A stretch of 11,441 nucleotides of DNA from Elusimicrobiota bacterium (GTDB lineage: Bacteria; Elusimicrobiota; Elusimicrobia; F11), in assembly GCA_046153645.1 (NCBI GenBank), contig JBJXGI010000047.1, positions 1 through 11,441 on the forward strand, read 5' to 3'. The first letter of the stretch is position 1. The number at the start of each line of letters is the position of its first letter. The notes below the pieces were generated by a model. It saw only the letters and a program-made list of their open reading frames with translations, did no database searches and was not told the DNA's origin. Shown here one piece after another: positions 8,001 to 11,441 of the stretch. The position numbers were made by a program, and so were the translations under genes.

Positions 8001-11000
8001 TTTTGATAGTTGTCTCAAAGTTTTTCCAGCTAATGCCAAATCTTTGAGGAATAAATTTTTTCGGAGTCAGCACCTGTGCCCCTTGAAGCAGAATCGAGGC
8101 TGATTTTTCTTTCGAATCAGAGAACACGACCAAAAAACGACGGAGAATTTGTCCCAAACGACCACTCACATAGGCACGTATCAAAGAAAACGTAAACGAA
8201 TTTTTACGATAACCAAACTTCTCATCAATACTTTTTTTCGTTTGAAAAAACCCCAGTCCAAAACGACCCGCTAAATAAGCCGCATTCACAGCCATAACCA
8301 TCCTTGTCGATTCAATCACAGAATCGTCATGATCCGCAGATATTCCTTCCAATTGAGCTGCGAACCGGCGCGCCAAAGTCAAACGCCAAACATTCTCAGA
8401 ATCAAAACCACTCATAAGATCCCGTTGAAGTGGCCCAAGGTTTTCCACGACAGTATCGATATGCCGCTGATATTTTTCATCGTACTTAATTCGCTTATCA
8501 ACATCTTTTGAGGTATCCTTTAAAGAATTGGTGCCAGAATCATCATCACCCGTTTCTTGAGAGGCAATCACAAAATCAAAACCAGAAACGTTCTTCGGTT
8601 CTGATTGTAACGCGGAAGGATTAAGTAAGTAACTTTGAATGAGCTGATCAGTTGGATATTGCTCACTAGCCAATGCTAAAAGAAAATTTTCCCAACGTGC
8701 CCCCAATGCTTCTTCCATGTCGTCATGATCTCCATTAACAAATGCTTTTAATAATGCGTCTAAACCCACCTGGTTCACCAGCGCCGCAACTGAATGGACA
8801 TTTTTAGGGAGAGGATGGTTCACACCAAAAGAAGAGAATGCCTTTAAAACCTCATCGGGGCTAAAATCATTCATTCCAGCGTTTTCCATCTGAATACGAG
8901 TTGACAAATAGGCCACAACGGCATCATGAAACGCTTTGTCAACAAATCCGCCTTGAGCTTCTATAAAAACAGAGAGTATAGATTGAGGACTAGATTTAGG
9001 AAAAACAATGACATTCAGAAGTCGATTAAAATAAGAAGAGGACATAGTCTTAGACTTATAAAATGTGGGAAAACTAACTTGGAAACCACCATGTTTATCA
9101 AAAAAAGACTCAACCATTCTACTAACGGTCGGATCAGGGTTGCTTCGTTTAGCGTCTGTCCCTTCAAGCTCTTCTTTTTGTAGAAGTAGTAAAGATGAAA
9201 AATCTATTTTATTTTCATCACCGTCCATTGAAAGCAAATGAATAATTTCGTCAACGGAAACTCTGTCGATTCGATAATCGTATTGAACACCATCATGCTT
9301 ATTCAGAGCTGTCCATCCTGCCACAATTATTGCTTCGTATTTTTTTCGTAACAATTCCATCTCAGCTTTTTCTGCTTCTTTTGCTTGCGTATGAAATTCT
9401 TTTGCGTAATATTTAATTTTTGCTTGCCGATCTGCTGGTTTCATTTCATTATTAAGACCTTCATCTTTACCGTTCGCCCAATTTTTTAAAGTTTCTCCCA
9501 ACGGTTTAAGAGTAGTTTCAGAAATAAGACTATTGTCTACCGCAAATTTTCGCCACGATAATAATTCGTTTTTTTCATGAACGGCTTTGAAGTGGTTTCG
9601 CGCATAAACACACCAGGAATCTCGACCGGCATGGTCGGCATTAAAACGACGGTCGAGAATAACAAGAATGTTATTTTCGTCAACTTCCATAAAAGTATTT
9701 TTTGTAACCCAGACATGATCCTTTCTTCCTTTTAAAAATTTTCTGAAATCAAAATGACCGCCTTTATTGGGCGTCAGTCCACATTCTTTGCCAATGGCAG
9801 AGATCACTTCTTTAAATTTTCCTTCGTCATGAAAACGAGCATGAGCTGTATCTGTAAATTCGTCCAAACCGTTACTAGAAATAGTGAAGTCAGTTAAAGG
9901 AGGCGTGTTTTGTGAAATAAATCCCGCTCCGGTCAATGGCGCGACGCTCAAATCAACCACCGCACGGCGGTTACGAATGGTGTGGAGAAGCTGGTACAAC
10001 CAATAGCCCAAATACCCCGCCAATAGAGCACATAACAAAGTACTTATCCCACTGGGAAAAATGTTCCATGTCCATCTTTGAAAATTAATAAATAAAGCAG
10101 AACTTACTGCCGTCGAACTAACACCATAGAAGAATAAAGGTGGCGTGATTTGTAAAAGACCCTGAGGGTTGTGCGTGCGGCGATAAAAATGAATCAATAG
10201 AATCACGAGCATGGTTGTTAAAAGCGTTAAGCTGGTCACCAAGAGAGAATTTGAAACAAGAGCAGTCGCGATCGGTGGGAGTGAAAACCAGCGTTCGTTT
10301 TTAGAGGCATTACTTATATCTTCTATTGTTAGTGGTACTCGCCCAGCCCAGATGGGGTGAGGTTTTCTTGAAATAATACTCCTATATAAATCAATCCTTC
10401 TGGCCGACCCATAATGAGGAGAGCGGGATAAAATATTAAATGTTTTTTCATATCTTCTTTCGACTCCCCCAATCAGCTTTTTATTAACTCTGCCTCTAGT
10501 TACAATTTCACGAATCTGATCAATGTCTTGCAAAATATAAAGAGCTAAATCAGCCACACTATGACTTGGGAGTAAACGAAGGCTCTCCTTATCAAAAGGA
10601 GAGGATTCAAAATTTAAATTTTTGGGTAATTTATTCTTTACGCGGTCAACCCATTGGCTTAAAGAGGCTATTTCAGGAATGAGAAACTTCAATATTTTTT
10701 TTTGATGTTTCTTGCTATTACGATGTTGATCCGATGAAAAAATGTATTTATAAACAGAAATGACCAATAAAAAAGGTTTGAGTATATAAGGAACAAACCA
10801 AAAAGCCGGAACCAGAAAAGAAGGAAAATACCTCTGAAAGAACAACCGGACATCTTCGTTAAGAAGAATATTTTTCAAAAGAAAATGTTGAACGTCATGA
10901 TGCGGCGTAAGAAGGAAGAGACGATCTAACATTCGTAACCGGCCATTTCCCAAACGAGCAAAACTCCCATCAACAAGATGAGACTTCACCAGTAATTCAA

Positions 11001-11441
11001 TCTTCCTTGAATTTCCCCAATGAATGAAAGTTGAAGTTAAAATTGGATCCATCTTAATTTTTTCTGAAAAAACAACTTGAGAAATTTTGAAGTTAACCCA
11101 TTTCGCAAACAACCCCGTGAACAGATTCGCAAACGCAAGAAGACCGAACACAGAAGAAAAAATAACTCCTGGGACGACTCCGAATGACGACGAGAAAACC
11201 CGAGGTACTAATGCCATTACCACAAAGGACATTCCCCACCAAAGATGAGAATTAGGATTAAAAGGTTGAGATGCTCTTATCTCAATGTTAACACCACGAG
11301 TAGTAACGCCTGTTAAAAGTGGCGGGGTTTTCAAGATAGAAGAAACCTTGCCTCCCACATTGGTAGCCGTAACAATAACAAGCGCTGTTTTTAATGTAGC
11401 AGATGTTTTCCCTTTCATCATGATCAAAACCTGAACAAGGG
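5017..11441 (-). CDS. Giant (>=2140 aa, probably 5'-partial) multi-pass membrane protein with a PL14 polysaccharide lyase domain and repeated CPBP-like TM modules
   Basis: Uninterrupted 6.4 kb ORF ending at TAG 5019-5017. The listed start (TTG at 11427) is preceded in frame by L-V-Q-V with no stop up to the window edge, so the true start probably lies outside the window. Confidence 0.93.
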   Translation of the reverse strand, partial: LVQVLIMMKGKTSATLKTALVIVTATNVGGKVSSILKTPPLLTGVTTRGVNIEIRASQPFNPNSHLWWGMSFVVMALVPRVFSSSFGVVPGVIFSSVFGLLAFANLFTGLFAKWVNFKISQVVFSEKIKMDPILTSTFIHWGNSRKIELLVKSHLVDGSFARLGNGRLRMLDRLFLLTPHHDVQHFLLKNILLNEDVRLFFQRYFPSFLVPAFWFVPYILKPFLLVISVYKYIFSSDQHRNSKKHQKKILKFLIPEIASLSQWVDRVKNKLPKNLNFESSPFDKESLRLLPSHSVADLALYILQDIDQIREIVTRGRVNKKLIGGVERRYEKTFNILSRSPHYGSARRIDLYRSIISRKPHPIWAGRVPLTIEDISNASKNERWFSLPPIATALVSNSLLVTSLTLLTTMLVILLIHFYRRTHNPQGLLQITPPLFFYGVSSTAVSSALFINFQRWTWNIFPSGISTLLCALLAGYLGYWLYQLLHTIRNRRAVVDLSVAPLTGAGFISQNTPPLTDFTISSNGLDEFTDTAHARFHDEGKFKEVISAIGKECGLTPNKGGHFDFRKFLKGRKDHVWVTKNTFMEVDENNILVILDRRFNADHAGRDSWCVYARNHFKAVHEKNELLSWRKFAVDNSLISETTLKPLGETLKNWANGKDEGLNNEMKPADRQAKIKYYAKEFHTQAKEAEKAEMELLRKKYEAIIVAGWTALNKHDGVQYDYRIDRVSVDEIIHLLSMDGDENKIDFSSLLLLQKEELEGTDAKRSNPDPTVSRMVESFFDKHGGFQVSFPTFYKSKTMSSSYFNRLLNVIVFPKSSPQSILSVFIEAQGGFVDKAFHDAVVAYLSTRIQMENAGMNDFSPDEVLKAFSSFGVNHPLPKNVHSVAALVNQVGLDALLKAFVNGDHDDMEEALGARWENFLLALASEQYPTDQLIQSYLLNPSALQSEPKNVSGFDFVIASQETGDDDSGTNSLKDTSKDVDKRIKYDEKYQRHIDTVVENLGPLQRDLMSGFDSENVWRLTLARRFAAQLEGISADHDDSVIESTRMVMAVNAAYLAGRFGLGFFQTKKSIDEKFGYRKNSFTFSLIRAYVSGRLGQILRRFLVVFSDSKEKSASILLQGAQVLTPKKFIPQRFGISWKNFETTIKNLFEPFTFEFKQKITNKNYLKKLRKNSIKTLKYLRDRSQPSENTQYLLEFLSSPDVVVVFLDDAISEEKKNNSHVKHPDIFLVRINDNAAENKIEVMPVDISIGKKGTLEKKMGQVTDGASQYGRLTYASMLDIARDNQKHKRRESIRHYLDVVFGQLNKSHKINYLASAVKIKFIEGRHIAMKLDGEELLPNGFYLNPQALKKMEFSLVGKEIKNALKEQKFYALITLPLLLAVLPLGHPLHMGYFFVSIFVSIFLSYFIFSSFRKTHIPLLTNPAYQHLFLEEGAQSDYLDRYLGERHGAFTFFTVLGFVSTYFVGLIGYQLWVSTSPSVLFLVGLSVFSYIGGQLSGITAHFINNYFKFFRWGPNGELGANPLTRSPGFSRRFKTLLLAVIAILGISSLGFTQVPKTPLGQPKAAAKMPSETDKKVTAVAEELSKATFDGARKPVLEKMEKLLTEINKNKSVVNQAAAEKLIKELQNAWKNWPFDTLRLRALDTTKLAFDSGVNKNISKEFIETLKKDLQELSEKKKGTELGRKAAEVLTVVKETKEKGSEPAVNPGDGFKDSLKPFEITDDWKKSLSVDPKRAFDGKENVKVIADPRDPNSKVLEIKYPKGSVDPSFAEKKKGPMGGTVFYMQVPEADQMYLTYEVEFQEGFDFVKGGKLPGLFGGKTASGGQRAPNSFSTRLHWRANGEGELYLYVFDPDSKEKSYGKSIGRGSWTFKPGQKYKIEQIVTLNTVGKKDGKVEVFVDGKKVVVEEGIEFRTDKEAKISHILFSTFFGGDDETWASKKDLWARFGKLGVSSKPRSHSGSSQRSHLFKPLKTFLGNGNLAIGDLFVSEEAHVKPAIDIMVETLSHMSGESEDSLLAIPNPASEDLKQILLQELRQKSGDKVINRIKFISPVNGQAFFKEEGKERVFIVDSFAAALKAQQFMRFSIAAQGAFEISDRFYEEYGDTVVQVLLLAQLMKGLVAIKVDQGMTFDQIRIALLTATHA
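5596..6230 (-). other. Polysaccharide lyase family 14 domain (alginate/glucuronan lyase-like beta-jelly roll) within the upstream giant CDS
   Basis: Ordered PL14 motifs: LEIKYPKGS, YLTYEVEF..GFDFVKGGKLPGLFGG (K at 6013-6015), FSTRLHWR (5932-5955), GELYLY (Tyr codons 5908-5910 and 5902-5904), GRGSWTF, LNTVGKKDG, FSTFFGG (5656-5676). Confidence 0.9.
6784..6858 (-). other. Internal signal-peptide-like segment (FSRRFKTLLLAVIAILGISSLGFT|Q) preceding the helical + PL14 cargo
   Basis: Basic n-region with an RR pair, about 13-residue hydrophobic core, small-residue c-region, then a Pro/Lys/Ala-rich linker. Confidence 0.55.
6871..7362 (-). repeat. TM module copy 2 (CPBP/Abi-like; NALKE / FRKTHIP / HFINN / PLT)
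   Basis: About 4 hydrophobic helices with motifs IKNALKEQKF, FRKTHIP (7189-7209), AHFINN (6928-6945), NPLT (6871-6882). Confidence 0.6.
7620..7850 (-). other. Possible PD-(D/E)xK restriction-endonuclease-fold segment
   Basis: HPDIFLV (Asp 7765-7767) ... VMPVDIS (Asp 7702-7704) ... EKKMGQ, in a Lys/Arg-rich soluble region. Confidence 0.4.
9931..10317 (-). repeat. TM module copy 1 (CPBP/Abi-like; NA.K.E / YRRTHNP / HTIRN / PLT)
   Basis: About 4 hydrophobic helices with motifs ISNASKNERWF, YRRTHNP (10165-10185), LHTIRN (9970-9987), APLT (9931-9942). Protein-level similarity to copy 2. Confidence 0.6.

Noticed and set aside
5107..9183. Other short ORFs nested in the upstream gene (5107-5337, 5535-5750, 5633-5827, 5799-6059, 6073-6267, 8329-8511, 8926-9183)
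   Set aside because: They overlap a long CDS, several within the clearly conserved PL14 domain, and have no independent evidence.
1..11441. CRISPR arrays, tRNA/rRNA genes, transposases or integrases
   Set aside because: No regularly spaced nucleotide repeats, RNA-gene signatures or recombinase motifs were seen; nearly all the sequence is protein coding.

Overview
AT-rich bacterial DNA almost entirely occupied by two tandem giant multi-pass membrane-protein genes on the minus strand. The upstream gene (5017..>11441) is at least 2140 aa, and its frame is still open at the window edge, so it is probably 5'-truncated. The downstream gene (209..4942) is 1577 aa and complete. The only domain I recognise firmly is a polysaccharide lyase family 14 (alginate/glucuronan lyase-like) domain near the C-terminus of the upstream protein, placed behind an internal signal-peptide-like segment. 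By-eye motif reading also suggests: (1) a twice-repeated CPBP/Abi-like intramembrane protease module ending in 'PLT' (upstream protein); (2) a PD-(D/E)xK-like nuclease segment and several degenerate zinc-peptidase-like segments (upstream protein); (3) an N-terminal EreA/ChaN/TIKI-like domain and an M50/site-2-protease-like module with EExxH (downstream protein); (4) a shared C-terminal tail I-x-x-A-x-L-x-A-x-x-A-stop. The architecture resembles the giant proteins reported from Elusimicrobia/Omnitrophota (inference; taxonomy is not established here). It suggests a modular, possibly self-processing membrane polyprotein system carrying enzymatic cargo. No RNA genes, CRISPR arrays or mobile elements were seen. 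All domain calls other than PL14 are unverified motif-level inferences.
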